Shown: positions 34,991-47,532 of the stretch, in pieces
Layout of the letters: every line of letters begins with the position of its first letter
Numbering within the stretch: position 1 is the first letter of the stretch
Source: Macrostomum hystrix
Lineage: Eukaryota > Animalia > Platyhelminthes
Length of the DNA: 64,000 bases
Assembly: GCA_950097015.1 (NCBI GenBank)
Contig: CATNEN010000001.1
Location: 24,428,001 to 24,492,000 of the forward strand
Direction: 5' to 3'
Made by a program: the position numbers and the translations under genes
The notes under the pieces: model-generated
What the model saw: only the letters and a program-made list of their open reading frames with translations
Told to the model about the DNA's origin: nothing
The model's database searches: none

Positions 34991-35762
34991 GGGTGTATCT
35001 GGTATTCGCTCGTATTTTAAGCGAATTTTTTTGAAGTTCTGTAAATTCTGTAAATTACCGAACTAGGCTACAACAAGCAAAAACAATTACAGTTTAGCAT
35101 ATGATAGCTGCCTAAATTCCTGATGTACATAAATATATATCTCGGCTCCATTAGTAAAAAAACACTAACCTGGCAGTTCAATCGCCCAACAGGCTACCTT
35201 CTGCCGCATTCATTTGAGCTGAAATTGGTAGGGATATTATACTCAAATCGCCAGAAGTATAATATCGCCAACTTAAATACTAACGTTAGTTTCCCTTTTG
35301 ATTAGTCAAGATTAGTAAACATAGAAGCACAGCCGTTAATTGGCTGCGAACTTTTAATATCTGATTCAATATTGGGAACACTTTGAACTGCAGACTTCAC
35401 CTCTAAGTTGTTTAAAGTACTTATTGGTCTCAGTTGCTGCAAGCTGTTGAAACATGGCACAATGATTTCAACCGCTACAACATATTGAACAGAAACTACT
35501 TAAAAATAAATGAAAACGAAAAGTAATAAATTCCAGATCTACCTATCAATCAGACGAGCCAAGAGCTTTCACCTTTAAAGGCATTTTCCGGTAGATTATT
35601 TAACTCTTAGTCGTTATGATTATATTATTATATATTTTGCGGTGCCCTAAAGTAGTGGATACAAATAATAAGGATTCAAATAGTCCTGGTCAAACATGAT
35701 ATTTGTTGCATTATTAAACTTCATTAAATCAAATTAAAGTAAGTACATTTTACTTATTTCAG

Positions 35763-38442
35763 ATGTACCGTTTTAAAACCCTGAAGAAAACACGCAAGGT
35801 AACTTACGTTTCTGGCCTGCGTGGACGACCAAGATCAACAAAATACTCTGCCGGTAAAGACTGTTGGAATCAACATAGTGCTAAATCTGCAGTTCAAAAC
35901 ACTTCTGGCACGTCCAGTTCTGTTTTTCAAGAAGCAGATTTCGACTTTGAAAGTTCGTCCGATTGCTTTATCGAGTGGGAAAATTATGATTCATTTGTTG
36001 AAAATTGTTCACCGAGTTATCGGAAGTCATTTATTTTGAGCCAGTGCATACGCTGCCGAGAAAACCAAGGTATTTTTCGCTGTATAACCTGTAACGTGGA
36101 TCTATGTGCTGACTGCAAGGAAGTAACTCATGGAGATTTCGTTGCTCATAAATTTCTACTCTGGAATGTAAGCAAACCTACATATATTTAGTGATCTTTA
36201 GCTCATAAGTGCACTTTTTTAAACGAAACAAGAAAAAAAGATCTCAACAGCAATTTTAGCAATCTATGCCAATCAAAAATGTAAACTAAAATGTAACTTC
36301 CTCCCGCAGATCGATCTACTGATGTTTAGTGAGGAAACTTCCGGGGCAGCCATATCTTTTCCAAAACTTTACTGCTGTAATGACTGTGCGAGAGGCAAAG
36401 TATTTAATGCAGCGAGCAACGTGCAGTTAATTAACATAACCGGAAGCGTCCAGGCAAAAGTTTTTACATGTGCAGCATGCGACACCTGTTGTGCTTTGCT
36501 GTCTCAGGGCTACTTCCCTGCAACGGCTTCATCAGATGGCGAATGTTTAACTTTTTTTTTCCTTTAGTTTCCTTTCACTTCTTGATTCAATGTGCATGGA
36601 TGGACAGTTGCCTATGCATAGAGCAATTCACTCATTCTTTAAGGGCACAGTCGTGGGACAAGGTTGCTGGAGTCCAGACTTAGCGAAGAGTGTCTACCAA
36701 CGTATTCAGCGGTACGGTGTACTTTTGCGCTTTCGCGAGTTGCAAAACCATAATTCATGTTGGCCAAAAACATGCCTAAGTTGCCCAGAAAAAAACTCTA
36801 AACGCAAGACTGTTCTATGTGGTGATGGTCTCTTCGGTTGGCAGCAATTTGCAGCGTCGGGTGGAAAGCAGAAGGATTTACCAGGTGATGGTCGTATTTT
36901 GCCTGAACCTCTTATTTACGTAGATGGAAATTCTCAACAAGGTTCTACTGTCCATCATCCTGAGCCTGACAGTTGTCCTAACTGGAGAGCTGGTAGTACA
37001 ACTAAAGAGACCTCGAGAGGTGCCTCACGGAACAACGTCTATGGATTCTTTGGTCTGTTCTGCAGACACAATAGGCTTGTGACAGGGTGTAATATAAATA
37101 CTCCAGGAGAGCGTCTTTGCTATCCAGAGGAATGCCTGCTTCATTATTTAAAAACGACGCCAGTGTCAAAGCATCTACTGTTTATTTATGACGTTGGTGA
37201 GTAATCCGATTTAACATGCGTACAGTTTAAATCATATCATTATAATTCATACTTCGTGCAAAATATTTTTAACAGTTTTCCAAAAAATATTGAAAGTGGC
37301 ATAAAAAGTTTTCTTGCTCGAATATACTCGAAATCGTTTCAATTTCAGGTTGTCGTGTCTCCAATCGGGTCAAGTCTATCGTTGCACAGTCCGGGGCTGA
37401 TGTCCATAGCAGCATGTGTGCTGTTAATGCGTTTCACGTCCTTGGACATAAAACTAGCTGTCAGCTGAATTTATCCGTACGCGTTACTCCGGGAGCTGGC
37501 TTGTGTGACGGTGAGCATTCTGAACGAGCCTGGGCTGCCTTAAGACCGTATGGAAAGTTTTTTAAGTACATGCGGAATGATCGGAGGACAATGTCCATAT
37601 CCCATATTTTACACAATTTCAATGCTCAACAACTTTTAAATGCACATGTGTGGTTTGCGCAAAGGTTGAAATTGATTACAACTACCTCTACAGCAATAAA
37701 AAACGAAATTCAAGCTCTAATGCATGAAATGGCTGTCTTAAAAAATTCTGGTTGTATTGACACTCGCTTTGACGTATCGGATGAGCAGATTCTGGTCTTA
37801 GGCCAGCAATGGCATATGGAATCAATTTCGGGTCACGCCTCTCTTGAAGAAGATACGCTGGGCTCTTTAAGGTCAGTTGCCACTCAAAGAATATATTGGC
37901 TTAGAGAACTTGGTACTTCCACAGGTCAAAGTCGAACAAAAAGTTGTGCTCGTAGAGTTTTTAGTCTAACTTCGGAAATGCAGAAACTCTATTCCAAATT
38001 GCCACAAAACTATAGACCAACTTTTACAGAACTTCAAAACCCTAAGCATAGCTTCTATTCCGGAATTGCTAAAAACGATTTTACAGGAAGCTTTCGTAGA
38101 CGCGCCATTGACGTAAGTCATAAAAAAGAGAGGCTTGATGAGGAAAAAAACTTTCTTTTTGATGAATGGCGTGATATTCAGAAGCGTATTCAAGAGCATT
38201 GTATAACTTTAGAAGGTCAACCAGGTCTACCGGCACACTTTCACCGACTGTTTCAGATTATTTACCGGCAAATTGAAAGTGTCCCTATAGCAATGCTCTC
38301 AGTCAACCAAGACTCAATCCAAAGTTTAACTCCCACGGTTGACAGTTTAGACAAAAATGATTCTAACGAACGACTGGACGATCTAGATAACTCATTCAAT
38401 TCAGCATCAGATGATTCTGATGATGACGAGACCGCGTGTTAA
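35763..38442 (+). CDS. KDZ (Kyakuja-Dileera-Zisupton) superfamily transposase with N-terminal B-box-like/CxC zinc clusters (~794 aa); one +1 frameshift in a T9 run
   Basis: Exons 35763-36167, 36310-37196, 37349-38442 (GT-AG). Motifs: CxxC..CxxC..LCxxC..H..H; GYFPA; CLSCP; CGDG; GFFGLFCRH; GER..YP; IYDVGC; NAFHVLGH..C; GAGLCDGEHSERAW. These match the KDZ catalytic core (D, D, E with the H/C cluster). Removing one T at 36552-36560 restores the frame. Confidence 0.85.
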
Positions 38443-38544
38443 ATATATATTAGCAGCTAAGTGCATCAAACCAAAAAGTCTCATAATATTTAAGTCAAAA
38501 TGCAACACTTTACTATTAAGTATCTGCTATCTGACACAAAAAAA

Positions 38545-39221
38545 TGCTGGGACTGTCAATGTGCATTCATTGCTTTGACATTTTTCCCTCTGCAAAAAAC
38601 TAATGCTGGGATTGTCAATGTGCATTCATTGCTTTGACATTTTTCCCTCTGCAAAAAACTAATGCTGGGATTGTCAATGTGCATTCATTGCTTTGACATT
38701 TTCCCTCTGCATAAAACTAATGCTGGGATTGTCAATGTGCATTCATTGCTTTGACATTTTTCCCTCTGCATAAAACTAATGCTGGGATTGTCAATGGGCA
38801 TTCATTGCTTTGACATTTTTCCCTCTGCATAAAACTAATGCTGGGATTGTCAATGGGCATTCATTGCTTTGACATTTTTCCCTCTGCATAAAACTAATGC
38901 TGGGATTGTCAATGTGCATTCATTGCTTTGACATTTTTCCCTCTGCATAAAACTAATGCTGGGATTGTCAATGTGCATTCATTGCTTTGACATTTTCCCT
39001 CTGCATAAAACTAATGCTGGGATTGTCAATGTGCATTCATTGCTTTGACATTTTTCCCTCTGCATAAAACTAATGCTGGGATTGTCAATGTGCATTCATT
39101 GCTTTGACATTTTCCCTCTGCATTTGTCAGATAAATTTTTCTTTCACGAACGTGACGCGCCTCATCGTGGCGTGAAAGTGAACAGTGCGCGTTTCAATCT
39201 TTTGCACTGGCCAAGACGTCA
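38545..39221 (+). repeat. Internal inverted repeat, left copy: ~10 x 58/59-bp units plus ~100-bp unique end (...GGCCAAGACGTCAC)
   Basis: Reverse complement of 46980-47360. Confidence 0.9.
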
Positions 39222-40634
39222 CTACTAGTTAGTCTAGGTGTTTTACAACCTTCTGTACTGAATATCCACGAACCAATCACTTCATATATTTTATTCTATC
39301 TATTCACATTCTTTATACCCAGAAATTTGCTGTTATAGTAGACTCCCTCTCACAAAGTTGACCTATTTTGTCTTGTTTCCGGTACGTAAATCAAGAAATC
39401 AAAGCAATGAACGCTACTTTTAGTTTAAGATTTAGTATCATTTGCGATTCAGCTCTCAATCTGCGTGTTCTCAATATAATTTCCTGCTTTCATTCATTTT
39501 TTCCCTATGTTCCGTGGTGCACAACTGCTGGACTGGAGAACAATCGCACTCGGCACCAAAAGATGTAGTGGCACTTTTAGGCTTAAATACAGGTAAAAGA
39601 TGCTTTTAATTACTTAAATTTGTGACTTATTTATTGAATTTTATATTCAAGTTCAATTCCCACCCTGCCAGGAAATGCGAACTGGACTCGACAGTTTAGA
39701 TTATTCGGAGGCAGCCTTTCAAAAACAGTGGCGAAGCCTGTCTGTCACGAGCAGAAACCGTAGCCGGCCGTCAGTGTCGGCCACCTTCGCGATGCGCGGT
39801 TTCTCAATGTACGACGGAAGATAATTGCATATTATGCACTGTCTGCATCTACCCATCTAGCCGACTAGCGGGCCTGCCATCCCACCAATGCAGCGCTGGA
39901 ATACTGAGTACTGGTTGCTAACTGCAAAGATACATGCTTCTCACCTTAATTTGATATTATTTTGCGCATTCTCAAGTCCGTGTACTCTGTACTTACCCCC
40001 TGTTGAGCAGTTATTGCAATATGCACATTTTTCTTATTTACGAGTAGCTAGTAAATATACAAATTGTACTTCGTCTTACTGCTTGCTAATAAATAAGTAG
40101 CTTACGAAATGCGCCCGATACCATCCCGTATAAAGCCAGTCTTAAATGGCGCATATTTTGTTACACCTACTGTGAGAAGCCTACTATGAAAGTGGTTGAT
40201 AGTATATAACGACGTGTTATTCTTTGGAAATTATATGCTTAACATATCGCCATTCCAGCATTAAAATAATTTTGTGTACAATTTGTTACTTAATAAAAAA
40301 TTAATCAATTTTCGATATGTACAGCAAGCAAACCGATGCCTTAAGTACCCAAGTTCAGCCGACTGTACTTTTGAAAAAACAAGAAAGTGTTTCGTGTTTA
40401 AGATTTTAACAGTAACGGCATTGAGGTCGATTGCTGGTAATGTACTGTACGTATCGAGTACAATCGTAACAAGTAGCTCTACATGTACCTCAATCTCAGC
40501 AAAAATTAGATTAATTGGATGTCAGTATAGAAGTGGATTTCTCATCTCAATCTGATACGAATTTAACGCCAAAAGCCCCAGAACTCTGTTTCCTGAAGTG
40601 CAAGTGTAAATTAATTGTCATGATAGTCGAATTT

Positions 40635-42001
40635 AAGCAGTATGTATTCAACTCAGTGTAACCACTGATGAATCCGTAAATGTACCCTCACTTCAACAGT
40701 TCAGATAGTCAACTATAAGCCGTATATATTCAACTCAGTGTAACCACTGATGAATCCGTAAATGTACCCCCACTTCAACAGTTCAGATAGTCAACTATAA
40801 GCCGTATATATTCAACTCAGTGTAACCACTGATGAATCCGTAAATGTACCCCCACTTCAACAGTTCAGATAGTCAACTATAAGCAGTATATATTCAACTC
40901 AGTGTAACCACTGATGAATCCGTAAATGTACCCTCACTTCAACAGTTCAGATAGTCAACTATAAGCAGTATATATTCAACTCAGTGTAACCACTGATGAA
41001 TCCGTAAATGTACCCCCACTTCGACAGTTCAGATAGTCAACTATAAGCCGTATATATTCAACTCAGTGTAACCACTGATGAATCCGTAAATGTACCCTCA
41101 CTTCAACAGTTCAGATAGTCAACTATAAGCCGTATATATTCAACTCAGTGTAACCACTGATGAATCCGTAAATGTACCCCCACTTCAACAGTTCAGATAG
41201 TCAACTATAAGCCGTATATATTCAACTCAGTGTAACCACTGATGAATCCGTAAATGTACCCCCACTTCAACAGTTCAGATAGTCAACTATAAGCCGTATA
41301 TATTCAACTCAGTGTAACCACTGATGAATCCGTAAATGTACCCCCACTTCAACAGTTCAGATAGTCAACTATAAGCCGTATATATTCAACTCAGTGTAAC
41401 CACTGATGAATCCGTAAATGTACCCCCACTTCAACAGTTCAGATAGTCAACTATAAGCCGTATATATTCAACTCAGTGTAACCACTGATGAATCCGTAAA
41501 TGTACCCCCACTTCAACAGTTCAGATAGTCAACTATAAGCAGTATATATTCAACTCAGTGTAACCACTGATGAATCCGTAAATGTACCCTCACTTCAACA
41601 GTTCAGATAGTCAACTATAAGCCGTATATATTCAACTCAGTGTAACCACTGATGAATCCGTAAATGTACCCCCACTTCAACAGTTCAGATAGTCAACTAT
41701 AAGCAGTACATATTCAACTCAGTGTAACCACTGATGAATCCGTAAATGTACCCTCACTTCAACAGTTCAGATAGTCAACTATAAGCCGTATATATTCAAC
41801 TCAGTGTAACCACTGATGAATCCGTAAATGTACCCCCACTTCAACAGTTCAGATAGTCAACTATAAGCAGTATATATTCAACTCAGTGTAACCACTGATG
41901 AATCCGTAAATGTACCCCCACTTCAACAGTTCAGATAGTCAACTATAAGCCGTATATATTCAACTCAGTGTAACCACTGATGAATCCGTAAATGTACCCC
42001 C
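40635..42001. repeat. 82-bp satellite, about 16.5 highly homogeneous copies
   Basis: TATTCAACTCAGTGTAACC recurs at 40645, 40727, 40809 and onward, with period 82 and no unique spacers. Confidence 0.95.
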
Positions 42002-42659
42002 TAAGTTTGTAGAACAGGTGCACATCTGGAATCGCGCATGCCGTTATTGGATAGCCCCTGATGTGCCGTCAAAAATTCAGCATCCGAAACTTAAAAAAAT
42101 AACGATATTCGCACTTCAAAAAACTAACTTTTAGCTTTTGATGAATAAAAGTGCTAATTTTCTAAAACGCATAACAAAAATTAAGAGATTTTAAAGCTAA
42201 GGCCCTATTTGGCTATCACCGGGGTCATTATGTTTTACACTTGCTTCCGTTAGAAGCTCATAGCGGATGAAAGTTACGGGATAGATGAAGTTGAGGGTAG
42301 AAGCTTGCCCACTGAGCTCAGGCAGAATGCCGAATAAAATAAAGAACGCTGATAATAGAAAGGCCAAAAGTATTAAAATTGGTGAGCGTAATGTCTTTTG
42401 CTCGCCTCAGATTTGAACTCAAGTGACTCTGGGTTTTCGCTCATGCAAGTAATAGCTGGTTTACTAATAACGCAGACTCAAACCACACAAGGGATGATTC
42501 ACACGAAGGAATAAACGACTCAATGAACTTAATAAACAGGTTAGAGCCTAATAAACAAATAAACACAGAGGATAAGCGAGGCTGCTTACTAATAGAATTG
42601 ATAAGGTGATGCTGCTTACTCATAAAATTGATAAGGGTTTCAAACAATTTTCCTAAGAT

Positions 42660-44160
42660 CTGCGTCTAGCACCAGCAGCAGATAATCAACAACAGCGTTA
42701 ATAGCAAAAATGACAACACAAATTATTGCACTTTTAGCAGCTGCGGCAGCCAGTCGGTGACGAAACTTGTCTTAGAGCCGCACCTCGGCATAGCTCAGCA
42801 GGATAAGGTCGTAGCAACATCCGTAGTCCCACGTAGTCTCCGTAGTCTGCTAGTTAGTAATAAAAAATTGAAAATTATGAAAAATATATTCAAGTTTTTT
42901 TATAAAATAACTAAAATTAATAAATAATAAATAAATAGAGCAAAGAAGTAAAATCAGGGACATTCCATCGTGGGCCAATTCCTTATATACTTATTTATAA
43001 CAAACATATTTATAACGAACGTTTCAATAATATATAAAATACAAACTACAAACCAAGATTAAATTAAGTTAACGGATGCGCACCTGACATGACTTATAGA
43101 CTTTTCTTTGGGTTTTAGTTGTCCCTGGCTGTGGCCCAGGTGAAACTGCTCCGGGAAGCTGCTGATTAGCCCCTGCAGAGCTAACGCTGCGGCTGCCTCA
43201 TGGAATGGCTAGAGCAGCCAATCAAACATGTCGACACCGGTGACGCCCATCTGAAGTGGTCCCAGACCCTCTGACTTGGCCACCAGCTGGGACACGTCCA
43301 TGGCGGCAAGAAGGTCGCTGCCTGGGCCGCAGCCGAGTGACAGGACCTCATAGCTGGTGCTGCTGGTGTTTGAGCCCATGATGGCGTCATAGAGCTCAGC
43401 TTGAATCAGCTGGCGAATGGACAACCGCTTCTTCGGGAGCTCGCACACTGTGTATGCGGCCCTAAATTCACTAGATTGGTAGAACCCTAAGTTTCCTTTG
43501 TCGCCTGACTGACTGGAAAACAAAAGTAGAATATTTTACTAATTTCAACAAAAATGTTTTTAAAATATATTTTGTGAGCACAGGCTATGGAATCTGAGTC
43601 TCTATAGCACCTGAGTCTATCCTATCTAGGCCAATGAGATCTGAGTCTATGCCATGAATTTCTATCTGAGTATGAAAAGGCAAAATAATGAAAATAGGAG
43701 ACAAACACATCAAACACATTGAGATTAACCCGGCTTAATTATATAATAATTAATTAAGAAGTCATATTGCTTAAAAAAACACAGAGGATAAGCGAGGCTG
43801 CTTACTAATAGAATTGATAAGGTGATGCTGCTTACTAATAGAATTGATAAGGTGATGCTGCTTACTCATAGAATTGATAATGTTTAACGGGTTTCAAACA
43901 ATTTTACTAAAGCACTCCCGCTGGCGCACCGGCTCGATGTCATTGTCGATGACGAATATTCGGCTGCCAAGTCTTAACACGTGAAACAAAGCAACTATGA
44001 TGATTTCTAGAGAAGCATCATAGTTGCTTCTATGATGCTGCAGCAGCAGTCAGTCAGCAGTCAGCCAGTCAGTGACTGATCTACCAGACTGGATGCTCGT
44101 TGACACTACGTACTTTCCCTCCGAGGTCCACATCGCCGAACTGGCTGGCGGGCTGGAAAA
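42660..44160 (-). pseudogene. Scrambled, stop-containing exons of a class I SAM-dependent methyltransferase
   Basis: 43513-43085 reads VLSLGCGPGSDL (motif I) ... GVD (motif II) with an in-frame TAG. ~42830-42780 reads YDLILLSY (motif IV-like) then TAA. ~43990-43910 reads LFHVLRLGSRIFVID (LKPGG-like). An intron/acceptor segment is duplicated at 43516 and 44153. Confidence 0.6.
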
Positions 44161-44269
44161 CAAAAGTAGAATATTTTACTAATTTCAACAAATATGTTTT
44201 TAGAGAGGCAGTCGATATCGAAATAATTATGGAAATTCGTCAGTAATAAGATAGGGCTTATAGGGCCCG

Positions 44270-44425
44270 ACTTTCTCATCGTCTGGCAGTGTACACTATC
44301 GCTGTGCCCCTAAGTCTTCTCTCCGCGGCTGCGTTCAAAATGAATGTGGCCTCGCCGCGGAATCGAGCTCAGGGACCTCGGTGCGAGAGGCCAACGCGTT
44401 AGACCGATTTGCCACTCACCCGGCC
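44270..44425 (-). mobile_element. tRNA-derived SINE family A, head region
   Basis: The minus strand reads GCCGGGTGAGTGGCAAATCGGTCTAACGCGTTGGCCTCTCGCACCGAGGTCCCTGAGCTCGATTCCGCGGCGAGG, which is tRNA-like. Homologous to the copies at 22209 and 54090. Confidence 0.65.
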
Positions 44426-45581
44426 CTAACCAATGTTACAAGCTCACTGAGTAGGAATTTTGTAGCTTATCTCAGCTGTTTACTACACAAAATGATTGAA
44501 GCAAACAACAATTTTTTTCTAATTGTTGCTTTATTTGAATGGAATAAAATGAGCATATGATGAGCAGCGATAAGTAAATAACAAAACAGAGCATTAGTAG
44601 AGCTAACTAACATTAACACAATACAAGAACGGTACGTTTTTTGTATTTTACTACTGCAATATCTATAAGAAAGTATTAAAATAACAGTGCACTATATCTG
44701 AATAACAATTTTATATTAATTAATAAAGGTTTGTACTAGCTAACTATATTTTTGTAGAAAGCTTTGCACGTTAAAAAAAAAGAACGGGAATTTAATTTGG
44801 CATAGAATTTAATTAGCGAGACATTGTAAACATATATGCTCATACTTAATTACATTCGTGGAGCTTAGTAAAATAACTTTCGGAGCACTAACACAAGCTC
44901 CAAAATTTATGGCAATCATTTTTCATCTCCATTTTTGGATATTTTCATTTTGAATTAGTGCTACTGATACTGATACTGATACTGGCACTGCTACTGACGT
45001 GTCAGAAAGACGTGGCAGTGTCTATGGAAAGTGTGAACGAACTGTTCTGTGTTTTATTGTTTAAAATCATTTTCATAGATTTTTGAGCTTGTGTAACACT
45101 ACCCCTGACCTTCGCGCACGTTTCTTGCTGCAGCTCCTGAATAGAAAAAGATATGAACATGATTTTAATTTTGTTTTCTTTCTGACAAAATTTCCTTTCA
45201 TTTGACACCATGGGCGTGAAATTTCATGGCTCCGTTGAAGAGCAACGTTGGACATTCCGGGAACTTTTGGGACACCCCTCGTAATATTTATAAAAAATCG
45301 AATGCTTTTAGTTCAGAAAAACACACGCAAAGGATGAATGTATAAGTACTTATAGGCATTGTAGTTTACAGACAAGCAAGCGGCGACAAAAATCGCAGTT
45401 TTTATCTTACTGAGTACGGAGATACACCCGAATTAGTAGTAGTAAAAACTAAAATTATTAATCGTTTAAAGTCATTTTTACCATAAAAAAACTAAAAAAA
45501 TTAAAAAGCAGCTGTCGCATTTTCGCTAGAGAAAAACGAACAAAACTTGCCTAATTTTCTACCTAAATAAATGTTAGCCCA

Positions 45582-46429
45582 TCAATGTACGCCGGCACCA
45601 TTGTTGCCAATGCCACCGGTGCCGCTCTCGCCTAGCAACAGCCGCGAGTCGTCCATCAGGCTGGGCTGCGGTCTCTTAGCAACCAATGCGCGAGGCAGCT
45701 TGTCGTGGTACAACTGATAGACGTCACGGTCGGCCGGACAGCTACAACGGAAGGCCTCGCATTCGTACATGGCCGAATAATAGGCTTGCAGATGCTGCAG
45801 CTCTGATGGCACATCGAAGTCGCGATAGAACTGAAATGTATCGACGATGCGAACAATTGAATCACGCCTGTCTCATCTCTCTGATCTCACCCAAGACGTC
45901 TCATCTCTCCGATCTCACCTCACCCCTGTCTCGTCTCTCCGATCTCACCTCACCCCTGTCTCATCTCTCCTCTGTCTAATCTGAACACTGTCACATGCAT
46001 CTTGGCCCTGATTCATGTCTTCACTGTCTCATATCTTCCCTGTTTTATCTCCCGTCTTATCTCTCCTCTGTATAAAACTGTGCCGTGTCTTACATCTTCC
46101 ATGTCACATCTCTCGCCTGTCTCATCTTTATCCTGTCTCATCTCTTTCCTATCTGATTTCACAGTCAATACCGACCCGCATTCATTTTAGAATCTATCTT
46201 TAGCCCGCTGGAGCTAAATAGACTCTGAGATTAAAAAAGCATTCGAACCCTGGCAGACAAACAGGGAATTCTACCTTAGCGGCCATTTTCAGATGATGCA
46301 GTTTAGGCATGAGTTGGCAATCCGCGTAGGTTAGCTCATCTGAGAGCAGGTAGCGACAACTTAGCGACAATTTGTACATGTGGTTCGGACTGCGCGGCTT
46401 CGGTCGATACTTAAGGCGCAGAGGCTCAA
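45582..46429 (-). pseudogene. CLIC: Captured 3' fragment (last two exons plus intron) of a chloride intracellular channel (CLIC/EXC-4-like) gene
   Basis: Exon 46429-46275 (...RYLLSDELTYADCQLMPKLHHLKMAAK|GT) and exon 45830-45582 (FYRDFDVPSELQHLQAYYSAMYECEAFRCSCPADRDVYQLY...) match the invertebrate CLIC C-terminal domain (DCxLMPxLxH..A.K; AF..SCPAD). No upstream exons were found before the internal IR at 46980. Confidence 0.75.
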
Positions 46430-46439
46430 CTGGATCACA

Positions 46440-46985
46440 CCATCAGCAACATCACCTCATCAATTCTATGTGACAGCAGCATCATATTATCAATTCTATA
46501 AGTTAGCAACATCATATTATCAATTCTATAAGTCAGCAGCATCATATTATCAATTCTATGTGACAGCAGCATCATATTATCAATTCTATGTGTCAGCAGC
46601 ATCATATTATCAATTCTATGTGACAGCAGCATCATATTATCAATTCTATGTGTCAGCATCATCATATTATCAATTCTATAAGTCAGCAGCATCATATTAT
46701 TAATTCTATGTGACAGCAGCATCATATTATCAATTCTGTAAGTCAGCAGCATCATATTATCAATTCTATGTGTCAGCAGCATCATATTATCAATTCTATG
46801 TGACAGCAGCATCATATTATCAATTCTATAAGTCAGCAGCATGATATTATCAATTCTATGTGACAGCAGCATCATATTATCAATTCTATAAGTCAGCAGC
46901 ATCATATTATCAATTCTATGAGTCAGCAGCATCATATTATCAATTCTATAAGTCAGCAGCATCATATTATCAATTCTATGTGACG
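46440..46985. repeat. 30-bp minisatellite (CAGCAGCATCATATTATCAATTCTATGTGA) in the CLIC intron
   Basis: Direct array. Related inverted units occur at ~42580-42635 and ~43795-43880. Confidence 0.92.
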
Positions 46986-47360
46986 TCTTGGCAAGTGCAA
47001 AAGATTGAAACGCGCACTGTTCACTTTCACGCCACGATGAGGCGCGTCACGTTCGTGAAAGAAAAATTTATCTGACAAATGCAGAGGGAAAATGTCAAAG
47101 CAATGAATGCACATTGACAATCCCAGCATTAGTTTTATGCAGAGGGAAAAATGTCAAAGCAATGAATGCACAGTGACAATCCCAGCATTAGTTTTATGCA
47201 GAGGAAAAATGTCAAAGCAATGAATGCACAGTGACAATCCCAGCATTAGTTTTATGCAGAGGAAAAATGTCAAAGCAATGAATGCACAGTGACAATCCCA
47301 GCATTAGTTTTATGCAGAGGAAAAATGTCAAAGCAATAAATGCACATTGACAATCCCAGC
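46980..47360 (-). repeat. Internal inverted repeat, right copy (GTGACGTCTTGG... plus ~5 x 58/59-bp units)
   Basis: Reverse complement of the distal part of 38545-39221. Confidence 0.9.
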
Positions 47361-47532
47361 AATATTTGACAGAATATAGACTCTAGTCCCTGTAAAGATA
47401 GCAGCTCTCTGCACAGTGACTATTTTCGGCTGAAAACATTGAAAACCATAGCATATTGCATCTTAAATATACTATCTAATATTAAGCTATTGGCGTCGTG
47501 TGGGCCTCTAATAATTGTTTCATATTAAAATT

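Noticed and set aside
39500-39900. GC-richer exon-like patches just inside the left internal IR
   Set aside because: No recognisable protein motif or consistent splice frame. It may be further captured host DNA but cannot be supported.
40635-42001. CRISPR array
   Set aside because: Contiguous 82-bp units without unique spacers, no cas genes, and a eukaryotic context.
45250-45285. Mariner-like TIR (TACGAGGGGTGTCCCAAAAGTT on -) and a similar motif at ~51801
   Set aside because: No properly oriented partner end or transposase could be linked. These are probably solo remnants.
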